Source of the DNA: Lobosporangium transversale
Taxonomy: Eukaryota
Length of the DNA stretch: 64,000 nucleotides
NCBI RefSeq assembly: GCF_002105155.1
Contig: NW_019029001.1
Span: 62,001 to 126,000 of the forward strand
Direction: 5' to 3'
Position numbers and translations under genes: made by a program. This document shows positions 12,726 to 22,704 of the stretch, piece after piece; position 1 is the stretch's first letter; each line of letters begins with the position of its first letter. The notes beneath the pieces are model-generated. The model was given only the letters and a program-made list of their open reading frames with translations. It did no database searches and was not told where the DNA came from.

Positions 12726-13169
12726 AAACCAATTTATAATTTTGTCCTAAATCAAGGTAACTTAAGCTCACGTCCTATAACAAGTGACGTCATGGTAGGT
12801 AGGACCAGAGGTATACCTATAGTGGTACCCTCAAACCCACCCCGTCCTGCCTGGACGTGAGCTCAGCCACCCGATCCTCCCCGCTATAATAAATAGTGGA
12901 CTCTCCGTCCCTGAAGTGGTCCTTACCTTTATCTTGGTACAACACTTCAGGTATGCAACCTCATTCATCTCAGCACTAGTTACTTGTATAGTATTATATG
13001 TATCATAAACTAATAAAGACCTTTATCTTGGTACAACACTTCAGTGTGTTCTATGTATTTGCGTCTCGTTGCGGTTTTTAAGGGCATCTCAGTATAACCC
13101 CCCGGTTCTTAAGACAGTGATTTTTTCAATTGTGTCCTAATCGAGGCAACTTAAGCTCACGTCTTATCT

Positions 13170-13249
13170 GCCCAATGGCTGAGTAGTATACTCGTCAGGG
13201 CACCCCCCCTGTCTAGCCCAGGGGCCGGGTTCGAGTCCTGGTTAAGGCA
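13170..13249 (+). pseudogene. Degenerate tRNA-like sequence (tRNA pseudogene or SINE head)
   Basis: A-box-like TGGCTGAGTAG, T-arm CCGGG-TTCGAGT-CCTGG, hairpin CCCTG-TCTAGCC-CAGGG, and a partial acceptor stem GCCCAA/TTAAGGC. Spacing is non-canonical. Confidence 0.6.
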
Positions 13250-14082
13250 CATAAAAGTGAAGCACACATGTGCCAGGTCAGGGCCGACAACGTGATTTGG
13301 GGCTCTTTGGAAGCGATGTTCAAGGGCGTCAGAGAGATTCGACATGCAAGCACTCTGTTTGGTGAGGAAGATGTGGATATGGGACGGAGGAATGAGGGCG
13401 AGGATGCCCACTGGACTGTCCAAGACTTGTACCACGGTTTGGTGCCGAAGGAACTGATACAAAAATGGAAGACGATCTTCAAAACCACAGCATCGATCTC
13501 AAGGTACATTGTTTGCCGCTTTGTCAAGTCAATCGAGGAACTCGGCAGGACTGAAATCTGGAACAGACGCTGCAAAGTCACCGTCAACTGGGAAAGAGAC
13601 AATGGTATCACCTCTGTGAGCAAACGCGCCAGGGGACGCAACTGTGTTGGGAGGCACAGACATAGCAGAGGTGAATTCTTTGGCTCTCACCAGGGACAAC
13701 GACGAACAGCAGATGTGAAGGCGATCAGGACTGAGGCAGACCGGCGAGTGGCGGAAAGCTACCGGCAACAGGTGGAATTGGCGATTATGGAGCGCCTGGA
13801 AAGCTGTAAATTTTTGATGATTGAGGACAGCGGCTAAAGGATGACCTTCGCGCACAACAGGCCAAGTAGGGAGTAGAGCCGTGCCACAGGTCCTCTGGGA
13901 CCAAGGAAGTCTACTCAATGCTGACGTGGTTTATGAACAGGGTGTAGTACTGTGGCAGTATGACGATGCGGCTTCGGTCGATTATTGGATACCGCTTTAT
14001 TTGCGACCCCAGTAATGGGGCAACCCATTTATAGAGCTAACATCTAAATAAATCCTACATGACCTCGTGGGTCCTTGTTATC

Positions 14083-14109
<27 letters not shown>
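13250..14109 (+). mobile_element. 5'-truncated non-LTR retrotransposon (L1/Tx1-like) copy A: ORF2 C-terminus, 3' UTR and poly(A)
   Basis: ORF 13268-13837 carries LYHGLVP..W..IWNRRCKVTVNWERDNGIT, which I recognise as a fungal LINE ORF2 tail. It is followed by AATAAA, a GACC-N5-GGTC hairpin and an ~A27 tail. Confidence 0.75.
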
Positions 14110-14113
<4 letters not shown>

Positions 14114-14722
14114 ATTGCTCAGAGTTGGAAAGTTGGCTTCAAGACAACAACAAGGATAGCTACATATATGGCGGGGCGCTTCGTCAAGGCCATAGAAGAA
14201 TTCGGTCGTACAGAAATCTGGAACAAACGGTGTAAAGTCACCGTTGAATGGGAAAAGACTCGTGGAATCACTGCTACGAGCAAACGCGCTAGAGGAGGCA
14301 ACTGTGTTGGGGAGCACAGACGTAGTAGCAATGATTTCCTTGTCCCTTCCCTCAGACAAAGACAGAAGCTGAATGTAAAAGAGATCTACAAGGTCGCGGA
14401 TGACCGAGTCCGGGACAGTTACCTTGGGAAAACCAAACTGGACGTGATGGAGCGGCTAGGTGGAATGAAGTTTTTGATGACTATGGATAGCGGATAATTT
14501 GTCGCGTTGCGCAACAGGCCACGTCGGAAAGGTGGACTTTGAGTACCAACCACGGCGGTCAGGGTTTATGAAATCATGGATACAGCGGCTCTTGTCGTTT
14601 GTGCAGTAATAGCTGTTTATTGACTATAGTTTCTGGAGCATTTTGTTCATAGAATGTAGAAAATAAATCCCATGACCCTGAGGGTTCTTGTTATCAAAAA
14701 AAAAAAAAAAAAAAAAAAAAAA
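14110..14722 (+). mobile_element. 5'-truncated LINE copy B (related subfamily), joined directly to the poly(A) of copy A
   Basis: WKVGFKTTTRIATYMAGRFVKAIEEFGRTEIWNKRCKVTVEWEKTRGIT is homologous to the copy A ORF. It has a different 3' UTR but the same terminal AATAAATCCCATGACCC..TTGTTATC(A)n. Confidence 0.75.
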
Positions 14723-14922
14723 TTAGTAAGATCCCATGACCCTGAGCACAATAGGCCAAGTAGGGAGCAGGGCTCGTCACAAGTTCCGTAGGGATCAAGA
14801 GTTACCACTCATGCTGACGCGGTTTGTGACTAGGATGTTGTACAGTGACAGTTCAACGATGCGGTTAAGACCGATTATTGGAAGCCGCTTTATTTGCGCC
14901 CCTAGTAAATAGGGCAACCCAT

Positions 14923-15000
14923 AGGACGCAATAGTCAGACCACCTCCTCGTGGTGCGTCCTGGGCTGTTTGCTTATCTGCAGACAGGCAAAGAGTCTGAC
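14923..15000 (+). ncRNA. HDV-like (CPEB3/R2-type) self-cleaving ribozyme fold
   Basis: P1 AGGACGC/GCGTCCT; P2 GTCAGAC(C)/(GA)GTCTGAC; P3 ACC/GGT with L3 TCCTCGT; P1.1 CC/GG; P4 CTGTTTGC/GCAGACAG; J4/2 G-C-AAA with the catalytic-C equivalent at 14988. Confidence 0.85.
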
Positions 15001-15057
15001 ACTAAAAAAAAGACCCTGAGAGTCCTTGCTATCAAAAAAAAAAAAAAAAAAAAAAAA
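14923..15057 (+). mobile_element. Minimal ribozyme-headed non-autonomous retroposon with a 20-bp TSD
   Basis: Ribozyme + A-tract + LINE terminal tail (GACCCTGAGAGTCCTTGCTATC) + ~A24. Flanked by TAGTAAATAGGGCAACCCAT (14903-14922) and TAGTAAATAGGGCAATCCAT (15058-15077). Confidence 0.8.
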
Positions 15058-15159
15058 TAGTAAATAGGGCAATCCATTTATAGAGTCTATTTCTAATAAA
15101 TCCTCACGACCTCGTGGGTCCCAGCTATCAAAAAAAAAAAAAAAAAAAAAAAAAAAGAA

Positions 15160-15680
15160 TGGGCTCTCTGCTCTGCACAGCGTGATATATCGCCCGTAAA
15201 GTGATCCGCAAGTTCGTTAGCTACCTTGAGTAGCAGGCTATGGAGATGGTTTGGGAGCCACGGCGTAAGAAAACCATTGCTAAGGAGAAGGACCAAGGTG
15301 TGAGACCGAGGCAGAAGCGCGCACCACACGCTGGGCCAAGAGGCGACTGAAGCAACGGATATGGCTTTATGACAGCAGAAGGCTTTTGTCCTTGTGGTAC
15401 GGTAATGGATGCGCATCGCGGCAGGCGCTGTCCAGGATCTACGTTAGATCCGCCTGCCGCAGACAAGGTTCTGTTGCAGAGCTTGTTAGGACAGCGGAAG
15501 TTGACAACCATGGGAAGGATGAGGGCGATTCCTTTCCTGTAACAGTATGTTTTCGACGTTAAACACGGTGATGAGCAGTGGTAATAGTCGCGCGGCACCC
15601 GAAGGACTTGCCGAGGGAACGTGACTAGACTTGTGGCGACTGTAAAGCGATTCTTCTGGAGGATCGGGCATCGAGTACAT
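15160..15680 (-). pseudogene. Frameshifted Cys/His-rich (zinc-finger-like) ORF fragment, possibly the N-terminus of another retroelement
   Basis: YYHCSSPC..FRCPNKLCNRTLS..MRIHYR is spread over different frames in GC-richer DNA inside the TE island. Confidence 0.3.
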
Positions 15681-15929
15681 TCTGACTAGATAGTTCTTCA
15701 GTTTTATAGCGTTATTCGTTTAGAGAGACAAATTGTTATAAAAAAAAATCCCCCCAGAATCCCTTCGCGATCTAGGCTCGTCACCAGCCTGTGTGGCTTA
15801 TGTGCAATGCGCTAACGCTCACTGACAGGCTGGGACCAAACTTGAGGGTCACCATTTTAAATTTCTAGCACTTGGGAAAAAAAAGGTCATTTCTCCTTCG
15901 TTTGTACGACCTAGAATTTTTTTTAAGTT

Positions 15930-16080
15930 TATGAATAGGATGTTGTACTGTGGTAGTATGACGATGCAACTTCGGCCGATTATTGGATACTGCTTTATTT
16001 GCGACCCCGGTAATAGGATAACCCATTTATAGGGCTAACATCTAAATAAATCCTACATGACCTTGTAGGTCGTCATTATC

Positions 16081-16109
<29 letters not shown>
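15930..16109 (+). mobile_element. LINE 3'-UTR-only copy D with poly(A)
   Basis: Highly similar to 13931-14109 (GTACTGTGG..ATGACGATGC..GATTATTGGATAC..GCTAACATCTAAATAAATCCTACATGACC) plus ~A29. Confidence 0.8.
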
Positions 16110-16113
<4 letters not shown>

Positions 16114-16484
16114 TGAAGGATTGGCAGGAGCTAATACAAGCGCTGCTGCCTCCAAGACGGATTCATCAAGAGGAAATAGCCGGCTGCTACTCGTCAATCC
16201 TTATTGAGCAAGGGTTTTTTATATGCTCGCACTGGAAAGGCTTGGCATGCATGAAATACCCCAAGGTTCCTATTATGTGCCTTGCTGTAGTATATTCGGG
16301 CTGATCATCCGTTGACTGTTGAGAGTTATCCTACTAATGTTCACTGTTGACTTTTATATTACTGCTCATAAAGGCAAGTAGAGATGATGGTTATGATGCT
16401 GTCGCTCCAAAACAGCAATGGGAGGAGGCAAATGAGAGCCTTAACTCCAGCTACACCCAGCAATGACGGACTTTACAACCCGGG

Positions 16485-16520
<36 letters not shown>

Positions 16521-16699
16521 AATGTACTCATTTGAAATTCACTGATTGACTCAGTCTACTTTTTATCTCTGTTGCTGCTTTGTTTTATTAAGGATTATCT
16601 TTAATTCGTATCGCTTTAAGAGGCGTGCTGTATTATTAAACTAAAAAGTAGTACAAATTATAAGGGGGATGAAGGAGTTTGCTAAGGTGAGCTCTTTAT

Positions 16700-17179
16700 C
16701 TACAAGCGAAGACCATGAGTATGACCTGTAGTGGCAGCAACAGGTGCATGCTTAGGATGGTGGCGGTGTCTTTTCGGTGAGAACATGGCCCTGAGGGAAG
16801 TCATGAGACTTCTCCTGTATGGGTAAGCACCGCTTGCCATAGGAGCCCCAGCTGCTGGAGCAGCAACGGCTGCAGTTCTGCGCGAAAATGGGTTTCGACT
16901 TCGACGAACTGGATTCACAACAGCTGGTTGGTGGTGGCGTGGGCGTGAGCGAGGAGTAAAAAGACCATGGAGAGTGCGTCTGGTCTTCCGAGCAGCGCGT
17001 TGAGTCCGTACGCCTGCTGTGCCTGCAATAGGAGCAGCAGCAGGGACAGTGCTTGGGCCATAATGATGACGATGGCCACGGTAGCGCCGGGGTGCAAACA
17101 TATTCTTCAATCGTGCCATCGGTGATGGTCTATGATAGATCTGTGTTGGAACATATGCGCGACGTTGGAAAAGAGGCAT
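16700..17179 (-). CDS. Small intronless Arg/His/Pro/Ala-rich basic hypothetical protein (159 aa)
   Basis: GC-richer open frame MPLFQRRAYVPTQ...HTHGLRL with internally repeated motifs (LKNMFAPRR, LHGLFTPRS, LRAMFSPKR). Confidence 0.6.
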   Translation of the reverse strand: MPLFQRRAYVPTQIYHRPSPMARLKNMFAPRRYRGHRHHYGPSTVPAAAPIAGTAGVRTQRAARKTRRTLHGLFTPRSRPRHHQPAVVNPVRRSRNPFSRRTAAVAAPAAGAPMASGAYPYRRSLMTSLRAMFSPKRHRHHPKHAPVAATTGHTHGLRL

Positions 17180-18526
17180 GGTTTGAATATTATTATGATT
17201 TTTGGTATGATTTTTGGTATGATTTTTGGTATGATTAGAGATAGGCAATGTTGATAAAGGTTTTTTGAAAAATGGTGGGCCTTTTATAGAAGCAATGTTT
17301 ACTGTAGAAAGGTAATAGAGGGCAGCGTCATGATGATGTTTACAATGCCCTTGGATATCCTTTTTGATAGATATTGACTCGATAGGGCGTTGGGATGTTC
17401 TTACCATAATGACTTTAAACGTGTTCCTAAAGTTTTATCGTTGCATATTCGAATTAAAGCACAAAACATAATTATCGTTAATTAACAGGAACCAGCCTTT
17501 TTTAAAATAAGAAAGAAAGCCATGACTGCAGGCGCATCATGATGTGCGTGTGGTGTGTATATACTTGGGATTTTTAATCGAGTTTAAGTTTACACAAGGT
17601 AGAGTTAAAAGGAAGTATGGCGCACAGACCAGAATATCGACAAGGCGCGTCATCGACAACATCATCATGTTGCAATATAAATGTCATTGTGTATACATTA
17701 TCATCTTGGGTCACAATATTAATAGACGGCCTAGTATTAAAGCTAGTGCGGTCATGGGTTATTAGTTTTATTCTCATTCATTACCGCCTGTTTTCTTGTT
17801 TGTGGTATTGCCTAATTGAGCACGCGCACTTTCCGAGAATCACTCATAGTCTAACCAGCACTAGCATCACTGTCCCGCTCAAGTTTTTTTTCTCAGAGCA
17901 GTTGAATACACCTCAGAACTGTTTGCCCAACAACCAACACCTTTATTATTAGACTTGTTCCAGACAAAAGGGGTATCATGATGGTTACATTAATAAATCC
18001 AGTCACCCCTCGGTTGTGCAATAGCACCATTTTTCAGCATTATTTTCTGTGCCAGTTTGATGGCGCTTGCCACGGTAGTTTACAGGAAAAGAGGAACATA
18101 ACATTGGTGTTATAGAATCAATATTATCATTAACGTTGAATCGAGTTCGTAGCTATTTAGATGATCCACAAGCACATATAGGGAAAATATGCTTTATATA
18201 CATCTCTCCGTCGATTATAATTATTTTTATTAAAAAAATATATAGAAAAAAAGCACCCAAAGCATTTGAGGCAATAAGAACACAAGGAGAAGATGATAGA
18301 ATAGAGGAGTTTTAAAGGTCATTTACGATTTTTCCATTAGGCTTTCACTTCGAGGCTTTCTCCTCACTGTGTCAAAAGTGTAAACACAAGGCAAGGCGTA
18401 CCCCATGACTAAGGACTGGAGGGAACTCGCGATGTATGGGACGACGCAGGCTTAAAAGTTTATTGATACAACTCACGAAAAAGTGAAGATGGATTTAACC
18501 TAGGAGCCTTATAATATAGCTTTAGA

Positions 18527-21084
18527 TTACCTTCCCTCTTCATCATTTGCACCGTGCTTACGTTTGCTGCCTATAACTGGACTGCTTGTTATTGTAACGT
18601 CTGGATCAGGTCGAGCCGAGATGGGTATGTTATATATTATGATAAAGCCCATAAAAGGAAAAGAGGGTTAATATTGTAGGGACATTGCATCGACACAACA
18701 AAAAAGAATATTTTACTCTCGACACTGAGCAAACATGAAAGAGTAAAACGTATTTACCTTGAGGTATTGATGAACCACTTACACGGCCAAATCTCTGAAG
18801 TCCACGACCGTTGCTGTCACGTGCAGTGCCAGCAGACTGCCGTTGTTGTCTCTCCAACGTCTCACGTTCGTCAAACCATGCCTTCCAAGAAACGACCTCG
18901 ATATGTGCAGCCTCGGGTACAACACCCAATGCACGCCCTCTTACTGCTATATCCTCATTGCCAACGCAATAAGGATTCACATAATCTTCTCCAAGTCGAC
19001 CAAGAGGCACAGGTGTCGGTATGTAGGGTTCCCTATTAGACTCTTCTCCCTCACGAGCTGGTGCATAGAGACTGAGGTGGATCCAGGCGTTGTTAGAGTC
19101 CAGCCAAACAAACCGCTGAGGGTTATAGGGAGCAAAAAGATGAAATAATGTAGAGGTTTGGAACGTTGAAGGGATGTTTTTCAATAGGAAATGATGTGGT
19201 TTTTCCTGGGGCTCTGGGTCAGGACCAGCCAGATACAACGTGGGGACCTCAGATCGCATTATATGAAGTATATTGTAGAAGCTCTTCAGTTCCTCGTTCT
19301 CTAGAATTTGGATGGTAGGGTTTCCCATTAGGATACGTTTCTGCTTTTCAAGACACGCATCCTTTTCAGTAGTCGTCTCTTCGATCTCCCCTTCCTCCTC
19401 CTCTTCATCAGAATTAACTAATTTCCTCTTCTTGCGTGCGTGCTCCTCCTCTTCCTCCAATTCAGTTCTCTCCTTAGCCTTGAGAATATATCCAGCAAAG
19501 CGAAGGAAAGCTTGGCCAGTAATATAGGCGTCATACCCGGCCTCATGGTATTTGGTATCATTCTTTTCTTTTGTTGCCTTATTCTCAAGGGCTACCGATG
19601 CATCTGCCAAGTATCGATTAAAATGTCTAGCCATGACTAAATCAGAATTGAGTTATATAATCGGAAATTAATAATCCAATCGTCTCTACTGCCACACCGG
19701 CTCCAAAGAAATTAGTATTCTGATGCTACACAGCTTTTCATACCAATTTTAGGCCCGACTTCGGCAAATGGTGCTTTTTGTACGCACTCTGATACAGGTT
19801 CAAGCCCAGTTGATGCAAGGAAAGGGCTGATTAAGGGATGTCCAGCAAGATGTTTTGTATCAATAATGCTATATAATGTATTATGTTCAGAAAATACCAG
19901 TCAGTATAACAGTGGTATCCATTCAAGAAGGACGATAAATGTTGTGTACGGTATGCTGTTACATACGTGCTCCATTCTAGGTTCAAGGCTCTTTTCCAGT
20001 CCTCCAGCTCATAGGGTAAATCCCAAAAGAACTGCTGAGTGACCTGCATCAAATCTAAGAAACAGTTATGCCCGATTACGGGCTTTCCAGCATCTGAAAT
20101 CATATCCAGCACGCGACGAAGGTTCAGTGTCGGCGGTTTAGCGATTTTAGCCTGCTCCTTCTGTTGACGAAGTTCATCTGTCATGCGCTGGATAATCATT
20201 GTGCGAGCCAGCGCATCTGATTCTGCGTAAAGACCGTCATTAAAATCTGTACGGATAATTTGATGGACAAGTCGGCGAAAATAGCTGTTGGGTGCTGCGA
20301 TAGTCAGGGTCTTTTCTGTCGAGTTTTGGAGCCAATTTTGAATCTGAGAGCTGATCCAATAATATATGACATGAATCATCCATAAATGTATTAGTGGAGT
20401 TTAGGTTAATATCCATCGTATTAAAAAGTTCATGAAGATAACAGGCTGTCAAGGCTTACGCAGTATTCAACATAAAATCGCGATTACGATCATCTATAAG
20501 GATATTGCTCTGTGCCATATTTGTAGCAGCAATAGCTGACTCTTTCTCAGTTTTACGAATGATATATGCCTCTTCCTCGGTCCGAGTCATGTAAGGAATA
20601 CCATCGCGGATCCACTTATTAAAGTCGAACCCATTTTTGATAAGAAACTCCAAACTAGTACTCTGGACCTTGAAGAATCGCTCCCCCGCTTTCGCCTCAT
20701 CATCACTGGAGGGGAAACAAGGGAAATTGAAGGGCCTCGCCTCATATCCACCTATTTCATCTGACCAAGTAAATGTACAAATCCCGAGTTGGACTACAAG
20801 GAAAGCGGCAGCACTTATCGCCACTTTGGAGTAGCGGGTGTTTAAACTGTCCTGAATCTTTGGGATGTTGGTAGGCGAGGCTAGTCCTATTGATATTGTT
20901 GTTTTGCATATTTCAATCGATTCGTCAGTTTCTCCTCTCACTGTTTCTCTATTTCTCTTGATAATTAAAATTCTCTTTAGTCTATACCTGTGAATTCAGT
21001 GTCCAGCGCAATGAAGTCGCATTCAGAAATGGCCTTTTGCAGTATTGGCAGGCTAGCTTCAAACTCGCTCTTGAGGATCTCCAT
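18527..21084 (-). CDS. PARN: Poly(A)-specific ribonuclease PARN (CAF1/DEDD family with R3H and RRM-like domains; multi-exon)
   Basis: Motifs ISECDFIALDTEFTG, VVQLGICTF, SLEFLIKNGFDFNKWIRDGIPY, NSYFRRLVHQ (R3H), KPVIGHNCFLDL, IIDTKHLA and HEAGYDAYITG. The last exon (about 18600-18527) is inferred. Confidence 0.9.
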
Positions 21085-22533
21085 CGTGTCTGACTCTGGC
21101 TTATGCTCTTTGTGGCGATGAATGTGATTGTACGGTAACAACGACAGGAAGAAGAATGAGCAAAGTAGACCAAGAAGAAAGGAAGGGGAACAAGGATCAA
21201 CCAAATGTGTGTTGTGGAGTAAAAAAAAACAAAAGCGCAGACATTGACCAACCCAGAGTTGTCTGTACGTGAAAATAAGCTCGATAGACCGCAGAGCACG
21301 CTTATGCCTAATTTGGAGGGTCGTATTCAACATCGATATTGAACTGTCATTTCCTTGCGGTGTGTATTATAGTTTAGTGTTATGCCTAAATCCACAACAT
21401 TTTAAGACCCTTTCTCCCTTCTTACTAAACACTCACGCTTCTCATTCTTCACATTCCTAACGTTTTTTTATTTATGTTTATAGAGGAATCGACAGAGGAA
21501 GAGATGCGGGAAAGGAAGTCCGATCAGAAACAGGTCCTCATGGAGCATGAAGTGTGAGGTAAAATGGATGGTGCTGTTGACCTGGAATAAGATGAAGATG
21601 ACCTAGCGCTCGCACTCACTCTTTCCTTTCTGTCAGCACAAGAGACTTTTGCCAGACTCGAAGGGGCGCCCTCAGAAATAGCCCTCAGAAATAGAAAGCT
21701 AGTCCGCAAACAAGAAGGCTCTAATCGACAGGTAAGGAAGTTAGAGGACATGCATGCTCAACCGAATGTAACGCCTTAAATAAAGGCCTTTGATACAGAA
21801 TGAAACTTTGTTCCATACAAGTATATCCAACCACTAAAAAGGAAAGAAGCTGATGAACGAAGAGAGAGGATTCGTTTTACGGTACCTGGAGCAATCCAAA
21901 TTGGAGAAGGAATCTAGAGAAGTTGTTTCGACAGCCAACCTTATTTAAAGGGTAACTGTATATCTTGGTCTCTCTTCATGGGCAGTGAAGGAGGTATCGA
22001 CCGGCAAAGGTTTACGGGATATGCGAGGTATGCATAACCGATACAACTCTTGTCACAATCAATTAATTCACTATATTTCGAATCAAGAGACAATTCGCAA
22101 GATTAAGCGCAGCGTTGGATTTTAGTACAAGGATACTAGGAATGCAAAAAACTTTACTAATAAATCCGACACTTGGAATTAAGATATGAAATTCAGGTCA
22201 GTTCAGGGTATAGTTTTTGTATGACGATGAGTTTTATTGCAACTAGTTCCAAGTTGACAAGGAGGTTTACATCCAGAGCTGGAAATGTGCTATAATTTCA
22301 TGTACAAAACGCTCACCCGTGTATCCATAAGCATCCTAAAAAGTAGTTTTAATCCTGGCTTTCCTTAGATCCCGGTGAGCCCGATCCGTGACTTGATTAC
22401 AACATAAAGTCGGGAGTTTGCTCCTTAAGCTGTCCGTGTCCTAGTTGCAGATGCACTGTGCTATAAGATAAACAGTCAGCAGCAAAACCTTGTGCTTGTC
22501 CGCAATCTCAGCTTTTTTTGTATCCGTTTTTCG

Positions 22534-22564
<31 letters not shown>

Positions 22565-22704
22565 CAACATTACTGATATTAAAGATTGATATCAACTACA
22601 CACACGCTCTCATTTGCTATTTCTTCTTTAACAAATATAAGTGTATACCATTCAGCAACTGACAGCAACATAACAAAAATCTTTAAATCAGGACTCTGAT
22701 GCAA

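Larger units (their letters stand above)
14745..15157 (+). mobile_element. LINE 3'-UTR-only copy C (copy A family), interrupted by a 135-bp insertion
   Basis: Aligns by eye with 13851-14109 (CAC..AGGCCAAGTAGGGAG, CGATTATTGGA..CCGCTTTATTTGCG, GGGCAACCCAT, AATAAATCCT) and ends in poly(A). Confidence 0.75.

Noticed and set aside
15745..15840. Possible hammerhead ribozyme on the minus strand (hairpin followed by GTGACGA..CGAAG)
   Set aside because: The core deviates from CUGANGA/GAAA at key positions, and stems II and III do not pair with a valid NUH site.
16400..16486. Twister-like or SECIS-like sequence (TAACTCCAGC..; ATGACGGACTTTACAA..)
   Set aside because: The twister L4 AAGC and pseudoknot partners are missing. 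The SECIS 3' helix and GA pair are absent, and there is no upstream gene with an in-frame TGA.
22330..22563. GC-richer stretch ending in T7 and an A30 run, considered as RNase MRP/P RNA, snRNA or a riboswitch
   Set aside because: I could not match the conserved regions of those families. It would need an Rfam scan.
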